NCBI RefSeq assembly: GCF_009914755.1
Contig: NC_060946.1
Reading direction: 5' to 3' (one strand)
Length of the DNA: 64,000 nt
DNA from: the human T2T-CHM13v2.0 reference genome, Homo sapiens
The notes beneath the pieces are model-generated. The model was not told where the DNA came from and made no database searches. It saw nothing but the letters and a program-made list of their open reading frames with translations. This document shows positions 29,579 through 43,539 of the stretch, in pieces. Made by a program: the position numbers and the translations under genes. How positions within the stretch are numbered: position 1 is the stretch's first letter; the number at the start of each line of letters is the position of its first letter.

Positions 29579-31403
29579 CTGCGGGCAGAGGGAGGGGTGG
29601 GTGGGACCTCAGGACTGCCCGCTGACCTCCCCTGGATGTCCCTACGCCAGCCAGCCCTAAGTAGAGCCTCTCAGCCAGCGATCCCGAGATCATTTAAGAT
29701 AATCACTGGTCTTCATGACCTCGACTTAGAAAAGGAAACAGAGGTTCAGAGATGAAGCAATTTGCCTCTGACTCCAAGGTCAGAGTCAGGACACCCTTGT
29801 CCAGGCCCAATTCCAAAACTGTGTTTTTTCTATCACCCACCACCTCTGTTAGCTCCACAGAGGGCCCTGGGCCACTCCATGGCTGCCCTTGCTGACACGG
29901 AGGAGTGTCGACAATTGGGACACAGTGTCGGGAGGGCAGCCGTTTGCTCAGAAGCCCCTGCTAAACCCCTGCTCTGTGGCAGATCCAGCCCAAGTGGGGA
30001 CTCCTCCACGGACTCATTCGTGGTGACAGAAAGGAGGAGGTGGGTCCTCCCTGCTCCCCCGCACCAAGTCCTGCTGAGCCACCATGTCCCCAATGCCCCG
30101 TACTCTCTCGCCTTTGAGCAGGCTGACCTCCGGCTCCAGCCTGTCTCCTCAGCTGGCCAGCACCTCAGCCACCATACTTCCCTGGATGGGTCTCATTTAC
30201 TTGTCTGCCCAGTGCCTGGCTCAGAGTGAACTGGTACCAATGCATCCCAAAGCCTGGGCTGGAACCCAACCCGGTCAGACGTGAGTTTGGTGGGGACAGG
30301 CCTAGAAGTGGGCCCGACCACTGCCTATTCTCTGTGCCAAGATGGTCTGGGGCAGGATGATGGTGCAGAGGTCGTGGGCAGCCAGGAATACTGCCCCAGG
30401 CTCCCAGGCCTGTCCTTCCAGCTGTCCTTCCAGGCATGAAATCTCTTTAAAGCCACAGGGCTCTCAAGAGACCCCAGGTTCCGGTCCAACCCACCCGTTG
30501 TCAGATGCCACTAAATGGAGAGAGGCTAAGGGACTCCTAAGGCGATGTAAGCTGTCTGCATGGCCAGTCCTTTCTTTACTAAGGAAGGTACTGAGGCACC
30601 AGGCACCAGTTGCTTGGGGTTACAGCTGCACACGCACAGACTCTCCCCTGGAGAGCTGCCCTATCACAGGGAGGACGGTGGGCAGTGGGAATATGAAGTG
30701 ATTTCGTGCAGCGAAAGAACCACAGAGCCCAGAGAAGCACAGACCCCAGGCTTGGAGAATGAAACATCAAAGCCCGGCCCTGACACCTAAGTAGGAGAAA
30801 GTCCTGGTCCTTACTGAGCCCTGACTGCACCCCAGACAGTTCCAGAGGCTGCGGTGGCCTGCTAAGACAGACAGATGGTAGAGGCAGAGAGTCCTCTGGG
30901 CAAGATCCCAGTGGTGTGAGAAGATGGCGAGGAGTCACAGGACTGAAAGCAAGGGCTGGGGACAGAGGCTGGGGTGTGTGTGGGGTGCCACAAGGGGCGT
31001 GGGTTTTAGAGATCCTACTGGGGCAGGGAGGCTTGTTAGGTGATGGCTGCCCTCAATCTAGGTGGGAGATGGTTGGGACCGAGAAGAAGGCCATGTCCCC
31101 ACGGTTGGTCTGTGAGGTCCATGAGGGTGGGATCTGTTGTGAGGTCTCTCTACCTCCCACTCCCCACAGCATTGGATGCTTAACTAGTACCTGGAGGTAG
31201 CCCATATGCCTCTCAGACAAGACTAGATTACCATTTGATCACAACTCTCAGGAGAGATGTTTGCTGGCTTATTTGTTGGCTAAGCAAGGATGTCTTCATT
31301 TAGAACGTGGCGTTCACCCCCATGGGAGAAGGGACTGTGACTCCACGTGGTCCTCCCAGCCCAGGCTGGGGCCTCCTGGGGCTGCTTGGTTAACAGTCCC
31401 TTC

Positions 31404-31421
31404 CGCCACTAGGTGGCAGCA
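31404..31421 (+). promoter_or_regulatory. CTCF motif in CBX6 intron 4
   Basis: CGCCACTAGGTGGCAGCA closely matches the CTCF core CCAC(C/T)AG(G/A)(G/T)GGC. Confidence 0.7.
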
Positions 31422-33856
31422 CATGAAGCCGGGCCTGCCCATGGCAATGCTGCCAGCCCAGCTCCCAGGGATTGGGCCCCTCAGACCCCTTCCCACACAA
31501 AGGCAGGGAAAAGCCCAGGCTTTTTTGGCGTGGTAAGCAGACATTCTGCAGGTGCATCCCCACACTTTCTGACTCTCAGAAAGTGTTTACTCCCTCTGCA
31601 AACTGCCTGAGCTTCCTGACTTCTGAAATTATGCTTCCAAGAGTCCAGTGGTGACGGACTGTTCCTGGGGGAGGGGCAGAGTGTGGGCAAATGGCAGGCC
31701 CGGAAAGAAACCCTGGCTCAGTGAGTCTCCTTTCCTTATCTGCTGAACCATCACAGGGCCTACTACGGGCACTCCTATGATGATCAGAGAGTACATGGCA
31801 CCTGCTCAGCACAGTGCCTGGCACGCAGCAAATAACTGAACAGACCTACCCATGGGTGGTGGACTTATAAGCAGTGATCTTTTTCCAATGTATGCTTGGC
31901 ATACATTGACATTTCTTACTTTATACTTTCTATATATTATTATTTTTTAAAGGGTTTACCCTTCCTCTTCCTCCCCACATGGAGAACTCTTTGAAAGTGG
32001 GACCTGGGTCTGCCTGATGAATTAAAAATAACTGTAGCCAACATGCTTATTGCACCCTGACCAGGTGACAGGCATAGCTCTGTGGGCTTGGCAAGCACCG
32101 TAGATGGTGTGAAGGTTTAAGCACCTGAACTCTACCATGGCCTCTCCCCATGTCTGTGGGCAAGTTACTGGACACCTCTGGCCCTGTTTCCCCATGCGTG
32201 AAACAGGGAGGATGGAAGCTATCTCATGGGCTCCTGTTTGCTTCAGAGTAGTTCCTGGCAGAAAGCGCTGAGTGTAATTTGCTGACTCTGCCATACTGCC
32301 TCTCAGGGAGCCCCAGAACAATGTGTTCAGCCCAAGCTAATCTCCATAGCCCCTCACAAACATCCACATCACTCTCAGGCTACCTGTTTCTTAGGGTCCA
32401 GATAAAAAAGTCCTACTATCTGTGTCTCTATCCCCTGCCACGCCAACTCTGCAGCCTTCATAGTTTCCTGTGTGTGTCTGCCTTCCCCCTTTAACCTGAC
32501 ATGGACTACTCAAGGCACAAGATGAAGAAAAGGAGACAGGATGAAGCCAGGAAGCTGGACCTCGGGTAAGTCACTTTCCCTTCCTGGGCCTTGATTTTTT
32601 ATCTGTGAAATGGGGATAATACTCCTTACTTCTTGGAACTGTTGAAAGAATTAAAGGAGATAATCCATGTGGGGGCTCAGCCCTGTATTAGGCCCACAGC
32701 CAGCTCAGGAACCAAAAGAACTATCAAGAAAAAAAGGCGTTCTGTGTATCAATGCTCATGGTCATACTCGCTTCGCCGCTAGAGGGTGCCCCAGCTGCAC
32801 TGAGAGGCTGTCACACAGCCCAACAGCCTTCCAGCTGCTCCGCCCATCCCTCCCCAAGAGAAGCATCAGGGTTAAGGTTACTCCCTGGATCCCCTAGGAT
32901 GTGCGTCGCTTGAGGGTGGGGGTTATAAAAATATGAAATTCTGGAAACCAACATTTCTTTCACTTCTGCTTCTCTTCTCCGAAAAAGAGTCCTCCCACAA
33001 AGTCACCGGCTGTCGGGTGGGAGGGGGCCCTGAGGCATCCGTAGCACTACAGGAAGACAGGGGGCCCACTGAGTCCCACCTGCAGCCGTGCCTGCCACCT
33101 AGGGCCATCTTGCCCTTCCTTTCCCAGACTCTGTTTTTCCTTGTCAAAATAAAATAAAAACCCAAATCCTCCAAGATGGCTTCCTCTGGAAGTTCTTCCC
33201 TCCCTAGCAGAGACTAATATGCTATGCTCTCACTCCCACATCCCCATCCCCCAGAAATGGCCGGGAGTGGGGGGAAACTGAGGCTCAGAGCCCTAAAGTT
33301 AGTGGCCCAGCCTGGGTGATAAATTCAAAGTAAAATGATTTGAGGTCAAATTCAAGTTGGATCCCCAAGAAAGGAGGGGAGCCATGAAGAACAAATCCTG
33401 AAAGACTGAACGGGGGAAGCTGGGGGCAGGGAGGCAGGTGGTCCCCCAAATCCTCTCCTTGTGCCCTGCCAGGAGGTGGGACCCCACTCACTCTCCCCCT
33501 GGGTTCCAACTCCCAGCACAGTCATAACAGCTCAAACAAATGCCCCCTTCCCATGGGCATCCCCCACCTGCCTCAGCCACCCCCTTTCCTGGAGCCCTAA
33601 AGGCATCCCCAGCCCCTGGTTTCAACAGGGAGGATTATCCCCAGTCCCAAAACCCTCTTGTTGAAGCTGATGCTGGCTGAGGCTTGCCATCAGGGGCTTC
33701 TGGGGGGGCTCACAACCACCCCCTGCCCAGCTGGGGCCCCTCTGAAAAGGCCGGCCCGCTTGGGCGGCCGCGTATCTGTCCCTCCCTTCCAGGCCCCGTG
33801 CTGTGCCGGGGCTGGGGGCCCGAGAGGGGGATGCTGCTGGGGCTGGGCCAGGTTAC

Positions 33857-33923
33857 CTTCAGGAGGAAAGTTTTGGGTTTGGGTCCCCTCTTCTTGGGCC
33901 CATACAGCTCACGCTCCCTCTCC
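33857..33923 (-). CDS. CBX6: CBX6 exon 4 ([22 protein letters not shown]), AT-hook-like motif
   Basis: gcAG acceptor, 67 nt, AAG|GTAAC donor. Exons 1-4 total 246 nt (82 codons), phase 0. Confidence 0.98.
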
Positions 33924-34068
33924 CTGCGGCCGAAAAACACCAGAGGTTAAAAAGAGCCCCTTCCCGGGCCCCACTCCGCGCTGCCCTCCCCGGCTCTCCC
34001 GCTTCCCCGCGCGGCGCCCCAGCCGAGCCTCGGCCTCGCAGCCCCTGCCAGCTTCCCCAACAACTCAC

Positions 34069-34134
34069 TTTTGTTCGAAGGCTGCAATGAGCCGCGAGTC
34101 CAGGATGTTCTCCTCGGGCTCCCAAGTGCTGTAC
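34069..34134 (-). CDS. CBX6: CBX6 exon 3 (YSTWEPEENILDSRLIAAFEQK)
   Basis: gcAG acceptor, 66 nt, AA|GTGAG donor; chromodomain TWEPEEN motif. Confidence 0.98.
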
Positions 34135-34278
34135 CTGCCGAGTCACAAACGCACAAAATCAGGATGAAGACCAGAGAGGGACAGGCACGCGGCGAGAGCA
34201 AGAGCGCGCACCCCCACCCCAGGCCCCGGTGCCCGCTGCCTCCCCTCCCGCGACGCCCCCGGACCCCGCGACACTCAC

Positions 34279-34322
34279 TTGATCGCCCACCCCTTCCATT
34301 TCACCAGGTACTCGATGCGTCC
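34279..34322 (-). CDS. CBX6: CBX6 exon 2 (GRIEYLVKWKGWAIK)
   Basis: tttttcAG acceptor, 44 nt, AA|GTGAG donor; chromodomain YLVKWKG motif. Confidence 0.98.
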
Positions 34323-34498
34323 CTGAAAAACAGAGGGGAGAAAAACGGGGGTGGGGGTGGGGAGGATGCGGGGACGCGAGGAGGCGGCGGCGCGGGGCTG
34401 GGCGAGGGAGCCGGGCTAGCGGGACCGCTTCGCCCCGAGGGCCCCCGGCCCCGGCCCCGGCTGCGGACAGCGGCGGCCCGCCCCGGGCGGCGGCTCAC

Positions 34499-34567
34499 CT
34501 TTCGGATCCGCCGTTTGATGATGGATTCGGCCGCGAAGACCCGCTCGCCCACTGCAGACAGCTCCAT
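34499..34567 (-). CDS. CBX6: CBX6 exon 1 CDS (MELSAVGERVFAAESIIKRRIRK), chromodomain start
   Basis: ATG at 34567 in aagATGg context; 69 nt to AAG|GTGAG donor. Confidence 0.98.
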
Positions 34568-34572
34568 CTTGC

Positions 34573-34593
34573 TCAGCGGCACCCACAGCCCAT
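34573..34593 (-). other. uORF MGCGCR* just upstream of the CBX6 ATG
   Basis: attATGGGCTGTGGGTGCCGCTGAgcaagATG read directly. Whether it is in the mRNA depends on the TSS. Confidence 0.6.
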
Positions 34594-36550
34594 AATACTC
34601 CCTGCGCCCGCGGCCGGTGCGGCACCGCTCGCGCACGCGCCGCAGCGCCCAGGCCCCGGCGGGCGGGAGCGCGGCGGGGCGCGCGCTCGCGTTCCAGCTG
34701 CGGGCCGTCACGTGATCCTCGCGGCTGGCGCGCGGTTGCCAGGACCTCCCCCTCCCCCGGGGCGGTTGCTAGGGAAAGTCGGCGCTCGCGGGGCGGGGGC
34801 GCGCGCTGGCTCTTAAAGGGGCCGCGCGGGCGGAGGGAGCAATTGCCGGCCGACCCGATGGGTGCCCGGCTTGTGGGCACGCTGCGGCCTTACGCTTATC
34901 ACCCCCCCTCACATCTTGCCGGCGCCCGATCGCTGACACCCTCTCCTTGCCTCTTAATCCCCACGCGAGTCTCGCCAGGCCCCGGGCGGAGAAGGGCTGT
35001 GGAGCCCGAGTCTCGCCGCCACCGCGCATCTCCCGCAGCAGCCTGCAAACAGTTAAATATGATGCAGCAGAAATGCAGTTGCTGTTGCCTTGCCAGGCCT
35101 TGCGGGAATTTCTTTAAAACATCGCCCCCCACCCATTATTTATGTATTCGTGGGAGTGTGGTTTTGTAACCAGTTCAGAAGAGTTAAAACAAAAACGCCA
35201 CCGCAGGAAGGGGGTGTGCGGCGAATGGGGCCGAGGAAGGCCGGAGTGACCGTGGGCATCTGTCTGCGGCCGGGGTCTCGGGCGGCACCTGTCCTCGCCC
35301 AGGAGACCGGGGAGGATTCGGCGGGGCCGGTGTGGCAGTGGGGGAGGGAGAGGGACCGCGGGCAGGAACGGGCTCCCCGCACTCCGCCTTGGGCCCACAG
35401 CGGGTCATCATCTGGTCATTCGGCAGAAACCGCCTTCGCGGTCATATCTGTGTTTTCCGATTCCCAGCACCCCTCCCGGCCCCCCGACCTGGCCGCGTCC
35501 CTCTCCCCGCCCGCAGCTGCGCGAAGCTTCCGCCATTGCTCTGGGGAGCCCAGATCCCAGCTTCCCACTTGAGGAGGGGCGGGGGATCGAGCTGGGGCTG
35601 TCCAGGAACGGACACACAAAAAATAGCCCTGCCGCGCAAAACGCTCCACTTTTTAAATGTTGAAATTACTTGAACTTTATTTCCCATTATGTTAGTAGTC
35701 TTGTTCTTTGTAAAACAATTTTAAAAATACAGATAAAACAACTGTCCATAACCCCCATAAAACCATTGTTAACATCTTCACCAATCTTCCAGCCTCTGCT
35801 CTATGCGTACATAAACTCACGTACACCTATGTATGTATGTATATACATACACATACACATTGTCTGTAGATTTAATTTTTTAACAAAATGGGATCACGCT
35901 ATTCACACTGTTCTGGAATCTGCTTTTCTCCCTTAATGCTATAAAGTGGACATCTTTCAGTGTCATTAAATACAGATTTCACCATCCTTCCAGTGACCAC
36001 CTTGGGGCTGAGATGGGGTGGGGAGGAATGGGGATTGTGAAGAGTCAGGGTTGTGTCTTGCGAACATCAATGGCTCATTAGGAAAGATTTTTGCGTTTCT
36101 GTGCTACAATGCCAATTCTTGGGTTTCAAATCCACCATAGCAAAATGTTAGTCTTTTTCTCCCAGCAGATTTGTCCAATTATTACCTTGAGAGAAATCCC
36201 TCTCCTCACTTAAAATCAGTATGTTCCAGGGAAACAGCTATTTGCTGGCCAGCCCAAGGTGAGCTGCTGTGGTAAAAATAGAAATGTCCTCCTGGGAGAT
36301 GTGGGTGGTGGTGGGTGAGCAGGTGAGAGGAGTGGGTATGACAGTGTGTGTGTGTTCAGGCTGACGGAGACAGGCGGGGGATGAAGCAGGTGAGTCCACT
36401 TGTTGATTCATTCAGCAGTGTTTGTGAGCCCTTGTGAAGCACCAGGCTTTGTGTGAAACCATCAGGAAACAAAGGTGCCCCAGGCTGAGGAGCTGTCAGT
36501 GGAGTGAGAACGGCACCTGTCACACAGTGTGACTAATGCTAGAATAAAGG

Positions 36551-37349
36551 TGTAGGAGTTTCGTGTTGCTGCTCTCACAAATTAACACAAGCTCAGTGGC
36601 TTAAAATGACTCACATTTGTTATCTGATGACTCTGGAGGCGGGAAGTCCCAAATCAGTGTTACTGGGCCCAAGTGAAGGTATCCTCAGGGCTGGTCCCTT
36701 TTTGGAGGGTCAAGGAGAGTATCTGTTCCGTGCCTCATCCAGCTTCCAAATGTTGCTGGCATTTCTTGGCTCATGGCTTCATCACTCAAATCTCTGTTTC
36801 CACGATCCCTTTGCTCACTTCCTGCTTCTTTCTTTCTTTTGTTTTTGTTTTTGAGATGGAGTCTTGCTCAGTCACCCAGGTGGGAGTGCAGTGGCACAAT
36901 CTCGGCTCACTGCAACCTCTGCCTCCCGGTTTCAAACAATTCTCCCAGTCTCAGCCTCCCAAGTAGCTGGGATTACAGGCATGCGTCACCACACCCGGCT
37001 AATTTTTGTATTTAGTAGAGATGGGGGTTTCACCATGTTAGCCAGGCTGGTCTCGAACTCCTGACCTCAAGTAATCCACCCGCCTCAGCCTCCCAAAGTA
37101 CTGGGATTACAGGCGTGAGCCACCGCACCTGGCTTCTGCCTCTTTCTTTTAACAACACTTGTGATTACATTGGGTCTGCCCAAATAATTGAGAATGATCT
37201 TTCCGTCTCAACCTCAACTTAATCAGATTTGCAAAGACCCTCTTACCATAGGGTAACATGGATGGTAAGTAAGGTATCCTATCCACAGGTTCTGGGGGCT
37301 AGGGGCTAGGACACGGACATCTTTCGGGGAGGCATTATAAGCCTGCCAC
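36551..37349 (-). mobile_element. MLT1 (C/D-like) MaLR LTR interrupted by an Alu
   Basis: ttgctgctctcacaaattaacacaagctcagtggcttaaaa...gcctgccaca. Confidence 0.75.
36826..37133 (-). mobile_element. AluS
   Basis: Full Alu consensus. Confidence 0.95.
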
Positions 37350-37893
37350 AAGAGTCTGTACAGGATGTCTTGGGAGTGGACATAGGGGAGCAACCTACCA
37401 CGTGGAGGTGAGGCTGTGAGGGCTTCTCAGAGGTGGAGACCTCTGATTTGGGGCCGGAAAGACAAATGGGAATTGGCCTACAAGTGAAGAATGGGAAGGG
37501 TGTCCCGGGTGGAGGTGTCAACTTGAACAAGCACATCAGAGCCTGAGAGTGTGTTTTGGGGATGGGAAAGAAGTCTGCTATGGCATGGGTTGGGGCAGTA
37601 CGGCAAAGGATGGCAATGGAAAGATGGGTTGGACTGAACTTGGGAAGGGCCTTGAATGCTGGGTAGGTTTGGACTTTGTCTCAGGCAGTGGGAAGCGTGA
37701 GGGAGTTTTGAGTAGAGGAGGGATGTGATGAGATGAAGTGGGAATTCGGGCAGCCAGGCTTGGATCCCTTTTCTTTTGGTAATCGTGTGATGTTGTACAA
37801 GTCCTTTTCTACTCTCTGGATCTTAGTTTTTCAACTTCAAAAATGGGGGAGGAACTGGCCCTTTTTCATGCTCTATATTTTTTGGCAGGTGAC

Positions 37894-38250
<357 letters not shown>

Positions 38251-38449
38251 TTATGGACTTCTCACATGCTTTTCCCTTGTTTATGAGCACCTGGAGAAGA
38301 TAGTCTCTATTCTATGAGAAAAAAATCCCCTCCACCTCTGACAGTCTATAGTTCTGAGGTTTGGTGTAACATCACAAAGGAAAAAAATTGATCTCTTAGC
38401 CTGTGTGAGTTGTTGCCCAGACAGAGGGCAAATCAGTTTCCTATGAAAT

Positions 38450-39524
<1,075 letters not shown>

Positions 39525-39897
39525 AAAAAAACCTGTAGTACAGCAAACAAAAATTTAGTAGCTTAAAACACAAGAATCTATTATCTCTCATGATTCTGTG
39601 TTTGACGGGCACTTTGGATGGTTCTCTTTCCTGCTCTTGTATAGGGTAACTGGTGTGGCCACGGTCAGAGACAAGGCCAAGGCTTGATGTGTACATCTGG
39701 AGTCATAGTACTGGATGCTGGCTGGGCCTCTCTCTCCTCGTGGTCTCTCATCATTCATAGTCTACTTCAAGCTTGCTTATGTGGTTCCAGGAGTCACACA
39801 AGAAGGTGAGAGACACACAAAGCTTCTTAAGGTCTTGCCTTGGAACTTACACAACATTGCTCCCTCTGCATTCTGTTGGTCAAAGCAAGTCACAAGG

Positions 39898-40811
<914 letters not shown>

Positions 40812-42328
40812 ATCAGGCCAGTCCAGATTCAGGAACAGGGAAAGAGACTCCATGCCTGGATGGGAGGAGTGGCAGGGTCACACTGAAAAGGGAACGCAGA
40901 GCTATTATTGTAATAATTTACCTCAAGGGTCCCTAGTTGGGACACAGCTCATGCTTAAAGCTGATGGGATCCCTGGGGCCAGACACTCCTTTCACAAAGG
41001 CACCTGCAGAATTCTGGGCATCTTACCTTTGTGACTTCTACCAGTTGGGTGTGGTTGGGACTCATGGGCTATGCCTCCATGTCCCTAGCATCAGACACAT
41101 GTGGGTGCCTCATAAATATCTGTGGGACAAATCAAGGAATGAAGGTGCTGAACTGGGCTTTGCAGGGATGGGGAGTGAGGCCTTTGCCAAACAGAGTTTG
41201 TCTGCACCTGGGGCAAGGAGGGACTCAGGGATGGGAGGAGGTAGCTTTGTCCCAGGCTTCGACTGTCAGCCTGGCATGGTTGAGGCACAGAGTCTCTTAA
41301 GGCTGTGGACAGTGTCAGAATTGGGAAAGAGTACTTTAGCTCCAATCCCATTGAAGATCTATCCAAGTCCACTTTCCAGAATGGACTATCCCCTCCCTGA
41401 TGCCAGAAGTCAGTGCCTTGAGCTTGGGACCACAGGCCACAGGCCTTCATTCTGTCCCTGATTTGAGGTCCTGGAGGGCTGGGGTGTGAGTTAGAATGTG
41501 GAGGGTGTGGCATCATCTGGACATTTAACTCAACACAGAGTCAACTCTGCACTTGTCTCCATCATTTAGAAAATGTAAAATGATTTTCTGCAGATGTCTT
41601 TATCACTATACACTGCACACTGCTGCAACTCAACCCCTTATGTGATTGTCTTAGTCACATGTAAGTGACTTATTAAGGAAGTGCTCCCAGGGGAGATTGC
41701 TAAGGGAATGAGTGAAGCAAGATAGGAAAGGGAAGGAAGCAAGCAGAGAGTAAGGTGTCGAGCTAAAGTCCTGCAGTGAGTGGCCCCAGCCTCACGCCTC
41801 AAGGGATCTGGAGAGTAAGTTATTCCTCAATATTTTCCCCCACCCACCAGACCCTGGTTACAGGCTGCAGGGCAAGGGTATTAGGTGGGGGGAATGTTGA
41901 TCCCCCAGACACGTGCTGCTTTCTGCCTCTGTCTGCAAAGTGGCTTCAGTACCCTGGGGATGGCCTTTGGAAGGAGAGCTATAGATGCTGGCTGCTGGAG
42001 GAAAGGCACATGGGTGGGCTTGGGGGGACTTAGAACAGGGACCCCTGGGGATCCGAGCAGGGAACAGATGTTACTGCGGAGGGATGAGACACAGCAGCTG
42101 AGTATGGTACTTTATAGGCTCTGCAAACTCCAAGCTGCTCCCACCCCAGGCCCTTGATCCTTGCTGTTCCCTCTACCTAGAACAGTCCCATCTTCTCCCA
42201 GGGGTGGCACGGTGGCTTCTTCAGTTCTTTCAATCTCTGCTCAGATGTTACCTCTTCAAAAAGATTTCCTCTGATGACCTTATGTAAAGGAGCCCCAACT
42301 CCTACCCACCACCCTCTCTCCCCATAGA

Positions 42329-42446
42329 TGAGAAAGAAAAATAAAAACTCAGGACCCGAATTCACTATCTTCCGGACATGTCCTTGACCTTGGCAATATA
42401 AGCTTCTCAATTGATCGAGGCCTGTCTCAGACACTTTTTGGTTACA
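42329..42446 (+). mobile_element. Internally deleted MER4-like mini LTR
   Basis: MER4 5' end (tgagaaagaaaaataaaaactcaggaccc) fused to its 3' end (ccttggcaa...tgtctcagacactttttggttaca). Confidence 0.6.
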
Positions 42447-43229
42447 ATGTCTATTTTTTCCCCTGGTCCTTAACACTATCTGGCGTTATAGGAATGGTTT
42501 GTTTAATATGACCATTTATTTAATGCCTGACTTCCTCACTAGACGCCAGGCTCCACAGTGGCAGGGACTTTGCCCATCTGGTTCCCACTTTTTCTCCAGT
42601 GCTAACACAGGGCCCTGCACACAGTAGGTATCCAATTCATATATATATATTTTCCAATTAATATTTGTTGGGTGTGCCATTGAAGGGCTTGTTAAGAGTA
42701 ATTTTGACCATATAACATGTATAGGGATTCAGGTCCAGCAACTGCTTGCTGCATCTCTCTCCCCCTCTCTGCAATGGGCTCTGGGAATGCAAAGTAGAAA
42801 AGATGGGATTTCTGCCCTGGAGGAACTGAGATGCTTGAAGAGATGGATGTGCACACGGATGAATTTCAGCGGTGCAACTTTTCATCATCAACCTCTTTGA
42901 GCCTCAGTGTTCATCTGTAAAATGGAGATAATCATTCCTAGCTTGTAGAATTCTCATGAGGATAACAACATATGATATATATCAGCATCTGCAACTGTGT
43001 TGGGCACACAGCAAGTCTGCAGTGGTGGAAGTGTACGTTTATATATGCTCTGAGCCAGTTTATACCTCAAGAGAGATGAACATCACACACAACCCCCCCA
43101 CACACACACGCACACAACGTATACACTTATATGTTTTTCTTCCACTGAAAGTATATTGGACCAATTCTAGAAATTGAAGCTGTATTGACCAAAAATAACA
43201 ACAGCTAACACGTTGTACAGAACTCCTTA

Positions 43230-43539
<310 letters not shown>

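Larger units (their letters stand above)
33750..35600. promoter_or_regulatory. CBX6: CpG island and CBX6 promoter
   Basis: CpG-dense; E-box GTCACGTGAT 34707-34716, NRF1-like GCGCACGCGC 34631-34640, X-box-like GTTGCTAGGGAAA 34765-34777, GC boxes. Confidence 0.88.

Noticed and set aside
28080-29755. 314-, 193- and 202-aa plus-strand ORFs
   Set aside because: Antisense shadows of GC-rich CBX6 exon 5.
34568-34711. Open in-frame extension upstream of the CBX6 ATG (GTG at 34711)
   Set aside because: Expected in a CpG island, probably upstream of the TSS, and nothing supports its use.
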